Shown in pieces: positions 10,856-22,864 of a stretch of DNA of 64,000 bases. Position 1 is the first letter of the stretch, and each line of letters begins with the position of its first letter. The translations under genes were made by a program, and so were the position numbers. The notes below the pieces were generated by a model, which had not been told where the DNA came from, made no database searches, and saw only the letters and a list, made by a program, of their open reading frames with translations. This DNA comes from the human T2T-CHM13v2.0 reference genome, Homo sapiens: the NCBI RefSeq assembly GCF_009914755.1, contig NC_060938.1; one strand, written 5' to 3'.

Positions 10856-11481
10856 TCTCTGGGTTTGGTTTTTTGTTTTTTTCCAATGAAGTTTATCAGT
10901 GTGGCAGCACATCTGCATTTAATTAATGACAATTTGGGTGAGGCACAAAATTAACTGTTAAAAACAACTATTTCTATGCAGCCATAAAAAATGATGAGTT
11001 CATGTCCTTTGTAGGGACATGGATGAAACTAGAAATCATCATTCTCAGTAAACTATCGCAAGAACAAAAAACCAAACACCGCATATTCTCACTCATAGGT
11101 GGGAATTGAACAATGAGATCACATGGACACAGGAAGGGGAACATCACACTCTGGGGACTGTTGCGGGGTGGGGGGAGTGGGGAGGGATAGCATTGGGAGA
11201 TATACCTAATGCTAAATGACGAGTTAGTGGGTGCAGCACACCAGCATGGCACATGTATACATATGTAACTAACCTGCACAATGTGCATAAGTACCCTAAA
11301 ACTTAAAGTATAATAATAAAAAAAAACAACTATTTCTGAGATAGATAAATGATAGAGAGAGGGAGATACTGGATATATATACACAGTTAATGACAATTTG
11401 GGTGAGGCACGGAATTAACTGTTAAAAACAACTATTTCTGAGATAGAGAGAAAGAGAGAGATACTGGATATATATACACAG
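10856..11481. repeat. Right arm of inverted repeat, interrupted by L1 and partly tandem-duplicated (11387-11481)
   Basis: Direct reading against the left arm; ttaatgacaatttgggtgaggcac...aacaactatttct occurs twice. Confidence 0.88.
10976..11321 (+). mobile_element. 5'-truncated L1 3' end (L1PA2/L1PA3-like)
   Basis: L1 ORF2 tail and 3'UTR (gggagggatagcattgggag...acttaaagtataataa), poly(A), 16-bp TSD aaaaacaactatttct at 10960-10975 and 11322-11337, TT/AAAA site. Confidence 0.95.
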
Positions 11482-12602
11482 GGTAGAAGAATGTAGAGAG
11501 AAACATGGGCAAATATATTCTTTTGCACCTACAATTAAAAGCTGTGGAAAATTTGAATATGTTCACTTTGTAACCAAAGACAACCACACAAAATGGAACG
11601 GAAAGCATGCTTGCAACAGCGAGAACTGGAAGTATGGAACCTTTCTGTCTTAACCACTCAGTTGCCTAGAAGAATCTTTTTTCTATTTTGCTGCATTAGA
11701 AATTAAAGGCATGAGTATTGAGGATTTGGGTAGGTCAGACTTTTATAGTGACAATCACATTACAAAGCACCTCTTAGCTAGGTTGGATAAAGCACCTTTA
11801 AACATCAAAGTCTTTTTCTTCTTTCTGGATGAGATAGAAAAATGGTCTCTCCTCACTCTGTATCTAAGGACAGGGGGCTCAGAGAGTTCCAGACTTACAA
11901 AGTGAGACTGCAGCAGAGCTGAGCCATGGGACCTGGAGGGACCCAGTGACGGTTAGTCTGCTCCCTCCCACGGGTGCTATAGTAGCCACAACCGTTCAGG
12001 AAACCGTCCCCAGGTGAGAACGTAACACACGCAGGGAAAATCCCACTGCTACTAAGAGCAACTCAGCATAAGAATGCATTACCCAGCAAGGGACAGTCAG
12101 AGGGGCTCTAAACCAGAGCCCCAAATATTTGAAAACTTTATGTGGAAGCCAGCTATAACAAGTTCGTTTTCCAAGCCGTGCTTCCAGAAGCTGTTAGTGG
12201 TTGGTAGTTGCTAAGGGTTTTGAAACTGGAGGACATCATAGCAGAGTGGAATTATTTGGCACAAGGGGCTATGATTAGAATTAATGAGATGAAAGAAAAT
12301 TCTGGCTAGAAGACTAGAAAAATCCGGAAAGAAAAGATACAGTAAACCTTGGGGGAGTTGTAGCATTTATCCTAGTCCAAGCAGCAAAGAGCAGACAGAA
12401 GCCAAATTCCAATAAACAATTGGCCTTTTTACTTTTACAAGTTTCTGCAATTATCACAATGTCTTCAGCTTCTTGGGCAAATATCAACAGGTCCTAAATG
12501 CAAAGTGGAACAGTCCTCTGTTTCCAGAACCGAGTAGCTTAGCCCCGCCCCACACACCACCCATGCTCAACCACTGTTTTTGTAGAGGAGTTTGACGCTG
12601 TG

Positions 12603-12659
12603 TGGAATATGGAAACAAACTGGTCTTTGGCGCAGGAACCATTCTGAGAGTCAAGTCCT
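12603..12659 (+). CDS. TRAJ47: TCR alpha J segment 47
   Basis: RSS tgtttttgt-12-cgctgtg (12575-12602); EYGNKLVFGAGTILRVKS; gtgagt. Confidence 0.97.
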
Positions 12660-13153
12660 GTGAGTATAAAACACACTCAAGTCCCAACCTGGGTTTCATT
12701 GCATATTAAATAAACTTTTTCTGGCTGGGAAGTATTTGATTCTAAAGAAAGGAAAAGTGAAATTCCAAGCGCAACGCAAGCATTTCATTAGTGTGATTCA
12801 TTAAGAATTTCCATGGGTTGCCTTCGAGAGCGTTAATCACATCCATTCACTGGTGAGACCCACAGTTTGAAAATTGAGTTAAATTTGAAAAAAAATTGTC
12901 ACCATCTCTGTAGACCACAGTGCTTGCTGTTTGGGTGTCTAGACTTCCAAAATGGAACCTCAATCTGTAGTTTCGAGCTTGGAGATTTATCCCGAGCCCG
13001 TGACTTAGAGATGTGTAAGAAAAGCTGCACACTGCTGGGCCTTGTAGGGCATTTGTGGGATCAGTGTCATGAAATAGCCTGGGTAGACAGGTTGGTGAGG
13101 AGACACTGGTGACAGGTGTCTGCCCTGTTTCTGTAAAGCTGCTGACAGCCGTG

Positions 13154-13216
13154 AGAAGAAAAGCAGCGGAGACAAGCTGACTTTTGGGACCGGGACTCGT
13201 TTAGCAGTTAGGCCCA
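13154..13216 (+). CDS. TRAJ46: TCR alpha J segment 46
   Basis: RSS tgtttctgt-12-agccgtg (13126-13153); KKSSGDKLTFGTGTRLAVRP; gtaagt. Confidence 0.97.
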
Positions 13217-13675
13217 GTAAGTCTGAGCAGAAAGTAAGATATTTATGCCTTTTCCTATTATTTGTTCTAGCCTGACATTTGAGTTGTCCTCCTTTGGATT
13301 CCAGATCAACAAACCATAGTGTCTTTTCATACTCCTTTTAATATTTGTGGCTAAGGGCCCTCCGTTCTTCCCATCTGTCCTACATGAGGGTCCTGTGGCC
13401 AGGTCCACATTCATAAAGAAGCCAACAGTGATGCAGTTGGTTGGCAGTGTGTCAAGAAACTGCAGTCATCATCTCCAGGGCCCTTACTCTGGTTATGTGT
13501 GTTTCAAGCTTTTATGCCAGCAACAGAGGAGAGGGAGAAGTGACCAGTAGCAATGACCAGGGCTATTAGCTGTACCTGGTGTCTGTGGGTTTCAGAGCAG
13601 CTGTGGAGGTTACGGGAGGTTCAGGGCATGAGTTTTTCTGGCAGAGGAGTTTATGTAAAGGGTTGGCCCAGAGTG

Positions 13676-13741
13676 TGTATTCAGGAGGAGGTGCTGACGG
13701 ACTCACCTTTGGCAAAGGGACTCATCTAATCATCCAGCCCT
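13676..13741 (+). CDS. TRAJ45: TCR alpha J segment 45
   Basis: RSS agtttatgt-12-cagagtg (13648-13675); YSGGGADGLTFGKGTHLIIQP; gtaagt. Confidence 0.97.
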
Positions 13742-14571
13742 GTAAGTGCTTTTGCCTGGGAGGTGGGGTTCAAAATGCAGTCCTCATGGGGACATTTCTA
13801 AACCTTGGCTCATGTGCTTCTGGTGCCACTACCATTTTTGGCACTATCCTACTTACATGGGAGGTTTTGAGCCATGTAGACAAGGAGGTGATGCAGTTTG
13901 TGCTTTGGAGGACTCCTGAGATCTGCCCTTTGGCAACTGTGTTTGAGTAGGAGTCCCTCATTGGAAAATCTGGATGCCAGCAGACAAAAGATATGAGCTT
14001 AGGATGGGTCACAAACAAATGGAGGCCACTTTGCCAGCAGCACCTTTGCAACGAAAATTGCTTTCATAGGAAATGTGGAAATGGCTGTGTAGATAGAGAT
14101 TTGGCCATTTCTCCTTTTCTGTCTTTATACCCTCTTCTCTGCCTGACTTAGGGACCTTAAATTAGAGCAGTTATTAATCATTTGATTTCTCGGCCCCATC
14201 ACTCATCAAGTATGACAAGAGGGATTCATTAAGATAAAACCCAGAAACAGAAAGGACAAAGAATTCAATTCTCAATGTCTTCAGAGTTGAACTTGACAAC
14301 TCCTCAGCCTTAACCATCTAGTCAGCACCCCATGACCAACTGAGGTCAAAGAGGGCAACCAGCAGGTAATGTTAGTCAAGTGAGTATCTGGCCAGAGCCC
14401 AGCTGCCCTCACAGGAATTAATACTGTGGAGTTTGGGAAAGGGAAATGCATCTGTGAGGGCTCACCCAGGCTGCCCATCTGGGAGAGATCATGGGGAGAG
14501 TTCTGAGTGAGGGAGTGAACACCAGATGGAAAGTCAAGCAACAGGTTTCTGTTATGAAGCATCTCACAGTG

Positions 14572-14634
14572 TAAATACCGGCACTGCCAGTAAACTCACC
14601 TTTGGGACTGGAACAAGACTTCAGGTCACGCTCG
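14572..14634 (+). CDS. TRAJ44: TCR alpha J segment 44
   Basis: RSS ggtttctgt-12-cacagtg (14544-14571); [20 protein letters not shown]; gtaggt. Confidence 0.97.
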
Positions 14635-14942
14635 GTAGGTAACAGAAACCGTGAGGTAACTTAACTGTGTGTTCCTTTAAAACAGGGGATACTGCAGAGG
14701 GGATATCCTGGCTGGATGTAGTCCTTCCTTCCTTCCAGTGGGAGGTGATCTCACTGAGGACACATACCTGCATTCAGTCAGTTCTTGTGCTATTTTTATA
14801 CCTGTTACGGAGGCTTTCCTTTCCACCTGTGAAAACAGAACCTCTCTGCTCCAAGCTTCTTCAGTCTTTATTACCCTATGTATTTCCTTTAGAACAGTGG
14901 TTTGGGAATTAATTTATCATCAGGACTTTGTCTCTGATGATA

Positions 14943-15144
14943 TCACTCTGGGCAACAAAATGAAAGGGCTCTCAAATAGAGAACAGAGAGTCCTGAATAC
15001 TCGGATAACTTCTCCAGAGTGATATGTGTTATGCGTAATGGGATGAAGTGGGCTAGAATGACCTTCCAATGACTGTTTTGGAGACACACTAAGGAAACTT
15101 GCTTAACATCCTATATCCTTAACTTGTTAGAACATTGGTGAAGT
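14943..15144 (+). repeat. Direct repeat, copy A (202 bp)
   Basis: Matches 16749-16950 with 5 transitions. Confidence 0.95.
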
Positions 15145-15663
15145 AAAGCAAAATCTTGACCCTCTAAGAACATAAACAAATGCCAACTCCTCTCCCCCAA
15201 AGCACTGCCATGTTTCATTATGTGCAATTATGAAACAAATACATGATAATTTATATGAAATTACATAGATGAGTAGTTTGAGTATTTTGACCCATGAGTA
15301 AGATGCAAATTGTAGAAGTTCTCAGGTAGTTCTTCATAAAAAGTTGTCCCTGAAGACAAATAGTGTACCTGGGCATAATTTGTTTGCAGTGTTGGTTTAT
15401 GCACCATTTGGGGACCTGTTTGAAAGCTGATTATGTCCCAGTGTGCCAATTTGGGGTCTCAATTAACTGTGCTCAGTGCACTGATAAGTGCCCATATTTA
15501 CAGTCTAGAAGCATGACAAAATGACCCCATTTCTGTAGGAAAAGGAGAATGGAACTGTGTGTGGCGTGGTACTTGTCAGTGCTGCTCCCCCTTGTCCCTG
15601 CCATGCTGGGAGGTGGCTGCAAGTTTTCCCCAGGAGGTTTTTGTTAGCGCATGTATTACTGTG

Positions 15664-15717
15664 ACAATAACAATGACATGCGCTTTGGAGCAGGGACCAG
15701 ACTGACAGTAAAACCAA
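15664..15717 (+). CDS. TRAJ43: TCR alpha J segment 43
   Basis: RSS ggtttttgt-12-tactgtg (15636-15663); NNNDMRFGAGTRLTVKP; gtaagt. Confidence 0.97.
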
Positions 15718-15980
15718 GTAAGTTGGGGGAATGGGTCAATCTTAAAAGCTGACCTGAGTGAGCAATGGTGCTGTTCTGGGCAGTTTCTGTGGGGTTAAGA
15801 CACTGCCACTCCCAAGAGGATCTAAGTACCTGGTTTCTTTGTGCCTGAGACCCTGAGCTGGTTGGAAGTCTGTTAGTTGATGAATTCTGGCAATCTTAAG
15901 GATTAGGTCAAGAAGAAGTAGAAAATTTCACTGGTTTCTTCATTGGCTTGGCTCTGGATATATAAAAATGCTAAATATAA

Positions 15981-16280
<300 letters not shown>

Positions 16281-16637
16281 TATGGCTGAGAAAGTGGCAT
16301 GGTGCTCCTGGTCCCTAAAGTAGCCCCTGGGACCTCAATGTTGACCTCCTGTGCTGGGTGGGATGTTTCTGCCCAACCTTGCTATTGTGCCTCTGGCACA
16401 AGCATTCTGTCAGAACCCAGTGTCCTAGGAACAAAACAGGGGATTTACGATCAAGTTCAGATCTATCTGCACAGCCAGCTGTTAATTTTAGAGAACTGTC
16501 CTGACCTTGCAAAGGAACTGGAAACAGAGGCTGCAAGGTGGGGAGACTTCCACTAGAGGGGAAGGTGATCTCACTTGCTCAGCCTTCCCCTCCATCCTTC
16601 CCACCTGTTGATTATTGTAAAGCCCCATAGGACTGTG

Positions 16638-16703
16638 TGAATTATGGAGGAAGCCAAGGAAATCTCATCTTTGGAAAAGGCACTAAACTCTCTGTTAAAC
16701 CAA
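16638..16703 (+). CDS. TRAJ42: TCR alpha J segment 42
   Basis: RSS gattattgt-12-gactgtg (16610-16637); NYGGSQGNLIFGKGTKLSVKP; gtaagt. Confidence 0.97.
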
Positions 16704-16748
16704 GTAAGTGTTGGGGATTCAAAGTCCTGATTTATCATCAGTACTTTG

Positions 16749-16950
16749 TCACTCTGGGCAACAGAATGAAAGGGCTCTCAAATAGAGAACAGAGAGTCCT
16801 GAATACTCAGATAACTTTTCCAGAGTGATATGTGTTATGTGTAATGGGATGAAGTGGGCTAGAATGACCTTCCAATGACTGTTTTGGAGACACACTAAGG
16901 AAACTTGCTTAACATCCTATACCCTTAACTTGTTAGAACATTGGTGAAGT
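16749..16950 (+). repeat. Direct repeat, copy B (202 bp)
   Basis: Matches 14943-15144 with 5 transitions. Confidence 0.95.
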
Positions 16951-17407
16951 GAAAACAAAAGCAGTAAGTGCAACTAAAGTGCAATGCAGAGTGAGTGAGA
17001 AGAGACTTACCAACTCCTTTCTCTGTGATATCTTCCCCCCACCTTCACCCTTGAACCCCACAGAATTGTTTCTGTCCATGCCCCTGGCTGTTCCCAGTCC
17101 AGACCAGCACGTCGTTCTGCTGGACATAGGAAAACTCCAGACTTCATAACATGTCACAGGGCCCCCTCCCTCAGATGGCAGATCTCAATATTGATCACCC
17201 ACATCACTGTGGGGAGTGGTGACCTTGTCAGCAATGGTCTCATGGAAGAGGGAAGCTTTATTTACACCATCAAGGGCCCATGGATGACCCACAGTCTGTG
17301 TGACTGCTGTGTGATTGGTTTTCAGACATTAGCTTTAATAGGAATCATAGGAGAAGGGACATGGTGGCTACTGCAAGGGGTTTTTTGTTTAGGGAGAACG
17401 CACTGTG

Positions 17408-17469
17408 GAACTCAAATTCCGGGTATGCACTCAACTTCGGCAAAGGCACCTCGCTGTTGGTCACACCCC
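17408..17469 (+). CDS. TRAJ41: TCR alpha J segment 41
   Basis: RSS gttttttgt-12-cactgtg (17380-17407); NSNSGYALNFGKGTSLLVTP; gtgagt. Confidence 0.97.
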
Positions 17470-17892
17470 GTGAGTTTTTGTGGTTTACTAATTGTCCTCT
17501 CTGGAAAGAAATCCAATGGGACCTGTTGAAACACAGCTGAATTTAATTGCTATGCTTAGCATGCAGTTGTTAACTATGTCTGATGTGTGAGCAAGATATG
17601 AATACATGTTTCCCTGGAGGCTGGATTTGGTTATCAGGTCTCGGGGCAGTTTGATAAATTGTACTAATGCTGCAATCACTGTTTTTCAAAGGTCCACAAA
17701 GCACGTTGTGGCTTTGGGAAAGGCAGAGATAAGAAGCAAAGCTTTGTGATAGAGACAGAAACAAGGCCATGAAAAGGGAAGCTACCAAAGCAATGGCATA
17801 GCCAAGGAAGTGTGTCCTCAACAGATAAGTGGCAAGGACCCTGTTGAGTTGATGCTTGTGTTGTCTGGTAGAATTAAAAAATAAGATGAGTG

Positions 17893-18198
17893 GGCTGGGC
17901 GCAGTGGCTCATGCCTGTAATTCTATCACTTTGGGAGGCTGAGGCAGGTGGATAGCTTGAGGTCAAGAGTTCAAGACCAGCCTGATCAACATAATGAAAC
18001 CCCATCTCTACTAAAAATACAAAAATTAGCCGGGCGTGGTGGCGGGCACCTGTAATTCCAGCTACTTGGGAAGCTAAGGCAAGAGAATCGCTTGAACCCG
18101 GGAGGCAGAGATTGCAGTGAGCCTAGATCGTGGCACTGCATTCCAGCCTGGGTGATAGAGCGAGACTCCGTCTCAAAAACAAAAAGAAAGAAAAACAG
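17893..18198 (+). mobile_element. Alu (AluS)
   Basis: Full dimer; TSD aaaaataagatgagtg / aaaaataaggcgagtg. Confidence 0.95.
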
Positions 18199-19439
18199 AA
18201 AAATAAGGCGAGTGGACTGAGGACTCCAGTGAAGGGAGGGCAGCAGGAGTTCCAAGCTTGGCATGGCTTTCTTCCTCTACGAGAATAGCAGAACAATGTA
18301 ACTTTCTCTAGAGAGAGAACAGAGCCCTTGATTTATCACATCAATGCTTCTGTTTAGGTAGCCCCCTTCCTCACCGTAGGGACAAAGCAGGCCCCCACAT
18401 GGACTTCACCCCCTTAACTAGGCTGGCCAAGCCAACCCTATGGGAGAGGCAGAGAATCCCAGGACTGCAGAGGGCCTCCCCATGTCCACTAGATTATCTG
18501 TAATAAAACAGAATATTTATCCAAGTTGTGAAGCTGTGAGGGAGAGGGTAATCGTGATAGATTATAAAAAGCAATATTGAAAATTATACAAGCTGTCTCC
18601 ACACTTGCAGAATTCAGTGTGTTTTTTGTTGTTATTGGGTTTTTTTCTGTTAGAATTACAGAAACAGGGGTGCTTTCCTGCAGGCACCCTGTTTGCAAAA
18701 ATGTCTGCCATCTCACATTTCAGTAGTATTTCATCAACAATCTTCTGCACACGAACCAGCTGTGACAATAAGGTAATGGGGCTGATTTGTTAACAAATCG
18801 AGTTTATACATTTCAATGAGTGGCCTAGTCAAAACACTCAGCTTGAAGCATCCAACACTGTCCATTGCTTTCCCCCTCCCTGAAACCACCCTCAAAGGCC
18901 AAAACACTTTCTTTTTGTAGCATCCATGATGGCTTTATCTTTTAAAGGTGGATTTTACTCTTGATAATCAAAATCCTTTCAGAACCAAGGCTATTAAATA
19001 GAGGAGAGAATCGACTAGTTACTGATACTGTTTTGGATCCAAAAATAGATGTAACTATAAAATAATGTCATGGGTTTGTTTATGTGGCTCATAAACTGGC
19101 TCTCGGGGGGAATCCTAGATGGAATATTTCAGAGGGTTCAACAGTCATTTAGATGCTTAAGTCCTCATATGTTCACTAAATCAGACTCTTTAATTAATAA
19201 ACATGCATAAAGATAGCATGAGATTGAAGAACTTTTGCAAACTCGGACCCAATAGAAGCAGTGAAGACTTTCTGTATGAATTAAGATATAATCCGAAATA
19301 AATTACTTGTAGAAAAATACGAGGTCAAGGCCTTTCAATGGGGAAAGTGCATGTAATGCCCCTTTTATTCATGGAGAGTAAAGCTGCTTCCATAAATGGT
19401 AACATTATGTTGGTTTATGTAGAGACACATAACACTGTG

Positions 19440-19500
19440 ACTACCTCAGGAACCTACAAATACATCTTTGGAACAGGCACCAGGCTGAAGGTTTTAGCAA
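19440..19500 (+). CDS. TRAJ40: TCR alpha J segment 40
   Basis: RSS ggtttatgt-12-cactgtg (19412-19439); [20 protein letters not shown]; gtgagt. Confidence 0.97.
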
Positions 19501-21351
19501 GTGAGTATTACAGACAAGACAGGCTGTATTTTAAAGGTTGTTGGTGTTCATGTTTGAGGGACAAGGGAAGGTAGGACAAGGGAAATACCCATGTAAACTG
19601 TGCAAGCTAAAATCACTGCTATCTGAAGCGGCAATTCTGGGTCCCTCTACTCTGGACAGGAGGGGCGAAGGAGAGCTCTGAGGCTTACCATGATGGACTT
19701 ACTGCCGATTTCATAAGAATTGTATCCATCATTAGCAAAATGTTTATGACTTGAAGGCCTCAAGAAACTCCTGTTAACACAACAGGAGTTCTGTGTTCTT
19801 TATTCTTTTAAAACTATATTCTCACTTTACATTTTTCACTCATTTTTCTGCCTTTTTTTATGCGTCTCTCCTCTGTGCAACTCAATGCTTCATCTGGGCA
19901 TTCATATTTTGAGAAATCATCTCAAGAGGAAATCATGTCCAGATCCTAGCATGTCACTCAAAGCTCTCTGAAATCTGGGCCCTTTCTATTCTCCAAATTT
20001 ATTCCCACTGATTCCCTTTCATGAATGCTCTGCTCCAGGAAAACTAGGTATCTCCCTCCCTTGAATATTTACACATGCCCACACCTGTACCCTGTGTCCA
20101 TACATCAGACATCCTGGACCCACCACCTAAAACAGGCTTGCACAGGTGACAAAATTTGGCCTCATCATCTCTCAGCCTTGAGACCCAGCACAGGCATCAC
20201 CAGATTTAGTTTCATAGGAAGAGCATGAAAAATCATATCATTTTTTAATTAAGCAGGCCAAGGTAAGAGATCCATCAGACAAAGAAGCAAAGTAGGAAGG
20301 AGAGAGATGGCTTCTGTAATGGGTTTGCAAAGGAGAGCTCTGTCCCTGAAATAGCACTAATATAATCCAAGTAGGAGATTTACAGGCTGCATGTTTCTTG
20401 GTTTCCCTTTGGAGTGCTCCATTCCTAACACCAGTTGTTAAGCCCCTGGTCCTGAATGTGGCCGGGGGTGAGGAAGTGGGAGGAGACCATGCTGGCCACT
20501 CAGTGGTGGTGCCCATGGAGTTTCGGGCTCAGACTTTCTGTGAGATACCTCAAAATTGAGAGAAGCTCAAAAGGATCATGCAGCAAAAATGGGAGAAGTC
20601 ACCTTCTTAGTCATAAGAGGATTATTTCTGATTAGTCCTTGAGCTGTGTTATGTCCTGGGGAAGGGACAGTAAGAGTAGAAAAGTCTCTCCTAGGACAAG
20701 GATAGGAAGTGGTGAAAAGTCCTTTTCCTGGTGACTAGCAAAGCAGGGGATGAAAAGATCTGGAGTTGGAGTCCAGGGTGGATTCCAGGGCAGACAACTG
20801 CATAGGACTGTCTCGAGTTCTGTGGATTGAAAAGGTTGGGCATCCCTTCAGATGTTCCTGAGCTGACCTCAGTCAGAGGTGCGTGGCTCCAGCACCCAGA
20901 AGGTGTGACCAGCACACCAACCCCTCCTCCCAGGTGGGCCGTGACAGCTTCCCTCAATCCCTCCCACTCTGACAACAGTCTCTCTGATTGCTTTTGCTTT
21001 GGTGCTCTGGACATAAACTGTTCCTACTTTGTCCAAGTGAGGTATATAATTTTCAGAACGCTGGAGAATTATTATCTAAAACACCAGTGGATACGCTACA
21101 ATTTTGGCATTCAGTATTCTGGGCTTGTGCAGGAAAACTCTTTCTTTAGAACATGTAGAAAGACTATCCTTTAGTTATCCAGTGTGGAAACAGTCCTGAA
21201 ATCCAAACTGATACTGCGATCCTGTGCCAGGTTATTACTGTGACAATTACTTAATATTCTCTGTGCTCACGATATCACTCCTTCCAGAAGATCTTTAGGG
21301 AAAACTTAGTTCAGTTTCTAGGAGGTTTTTGCTCAGCCGAAGATCACTGTG

Positions 21352-21414
21352 TGAATAATAATGCAGGCAACATGCTCACCTTTGGAGGGGGAACAAGGTT
21401 AATGGTCAAACCCC
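21352..21414 (+). CDS. TRAJ39: TCR alpha J segment 39
   Basis: RSS ggtttttgc-12-cactgtg (21324-21351); NNNAGNMLTFGGGTRLMVKP; gtgagt. Confidence 0.97.
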
Positions 21415-21981
21415 GTGAGTATCTCTGCTGAATCCATAATGAATGCTCTAATTTCAAAAGGAAGCCGTAGCACTGAGCTCTGTTTTCTGTTTTCTCTACT
21501 TAATTTTATCTTTTATATTAATTCTAATGGTTACATGTTATCGATACATGGCATATGTATATATGAAAATGGACATACATGTAACTGTCTGGCGTGGGAA
21601 CAAATGTGCTGGAGAAAAACAGATTTCTTGTCCTTTTTGTCTTAACCATTTGGGTCAGAAGGTCTGACTGAGTAGAACATGGGCTGGGTGAGCACTGCAG
21701 TGGGGGAATCCTTCTCCAGCAGCTTTGTCAGAATTATGCTCTTTGCTGGCCTGGTCAGAAGGCAGCTTTGTCAGGAGGTGGAAGGATGAACTAGTTAACC
21801 TCAGAAGAGCCTTTCCACTCCGACCATGCTGGGAATAGACCGCCATAATAAACAGTCTTTTCCGCTGCCTCTTTAGCCAACGTCCCAGCTGGAGGAGCAC
21901 GCCGGCCAGATTTGGGGATTGAAAGGGATTTCCTGATACACATTGGCCTGGTCGGTTTTGGTAAAGCTTTCTATGACTGTG

Positions 21982-22043
21982 TAATGCTGGCAACAACCGT
22001 AAGCTGATTTGGGGATTGGGAACAAGCCTGGCAGTAAATCCGA
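21982..22043 (+). CDS. TRAJ38: TCR alpha J segment 38
   Basis: RSS ggttttggt-12-gactgtg (21954-21981); NAGNNRKLIWGLGTSLAVNP (W-G-X-G); gtgagt. Confidence 0.97.
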
Positions 22044-22864
22044 GTGAGTCTTCGTGTTAACTCTGTCAAACCTGTCTGTGCAGTTTGAAATATCTCAGAA
22101 ACTGCCTCCTTCTTTTTTAGCCCTGAGGTTTAAGATATCTAGTTATGGCTAGTGTTTTCTTCCTGTCCACCAAAGCTGAACCCTTGCCTACCCCTCAATC
22201 AAAATAACTAGATAGAGGGATCCATATGAGCAGGGTAGGAAGGCCATTGGAGTGTTCAGCTGTTTTCTTAGAGAGCAAATACATTCGTGCATTCCAAAAA
22301 GGCCTGTGTGGGAGCACTGAATATTACAGAAGGTGAGTGTGTAGCACATTTCATGGCTGCTTTAGTCTGCACTATGCCAACCTCACCGTGGGCCATTGGT
22401 AAATACTGTTGCTTTCTGGCCAAAGACAGGTCAAGTGCTGGGAACTCTCGGGACTCACAGTCACGCTAGTGACCGTGCTAGAGCACATCTCCCCACTGTG
22501 GATTATCCAGAATGACTCAAACTTGCGATATAACTCCTGCATCTCTCAGTTCTCTTTGGCTTAGAGCCTTATTGTGGATTTGCTAGAGGTAACAGGAAAG
22601 GAACTGATTTCATCCTAATTCTAGCCTCTTCTGAGAAGTTATTCTCTGCAAGAGTCTTCAGGAGCATCTTACAGACCACCTACACTATTCAGAATTTTGT
22701 TCCGCACACCACATTGTGTTCCCAGCAGTGTTTGCTGTGGCTTTGGCTGGGGCCAGGTCCTGAGTCAGTTCTGGAGCTCCAGGCTTGGCAAAGCTGGATA
22801 AGGGCAAGGGGAGTTGTACAGCAGAACCAAAGGGCTTCAGGAAAGACATCTTTGATATAGACAT

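Noticed and set aside
10974-11396. 140-aa minus-strand ORF
   Set aside because: Antisense reading of the L1 3' end.
9487-11481. Reading the TRAJ48 inverted repeat as terminal inverted repeats of a DNA transposon
   Set aside because: No TSD or transposase remnant seen; the outer ends are microsatellite and the loop is an ordinary J gene in its expected order.
12215-12290. gggttttga...cagagtg...LAQGAMIRIN
   Set aside because: 18-bp spacer, very short 5' part and no donor; too weak.
12916-12980. cacagtg followed by LDFQNGTS
   Set aside because: No nonamer or donor; only partial motif.
17186-17281. cactgtg followed by GLMEEGSFIYTIKGP
   Set aside because: Motif too degenerate to support.
21232-21290. 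15-nt match to the TRAJ43 heptamer junction (tattactgtgacaat) then NYLIFSVLT
   Set aside because: Both glycines absent and no donor; suggestive but unsupported.
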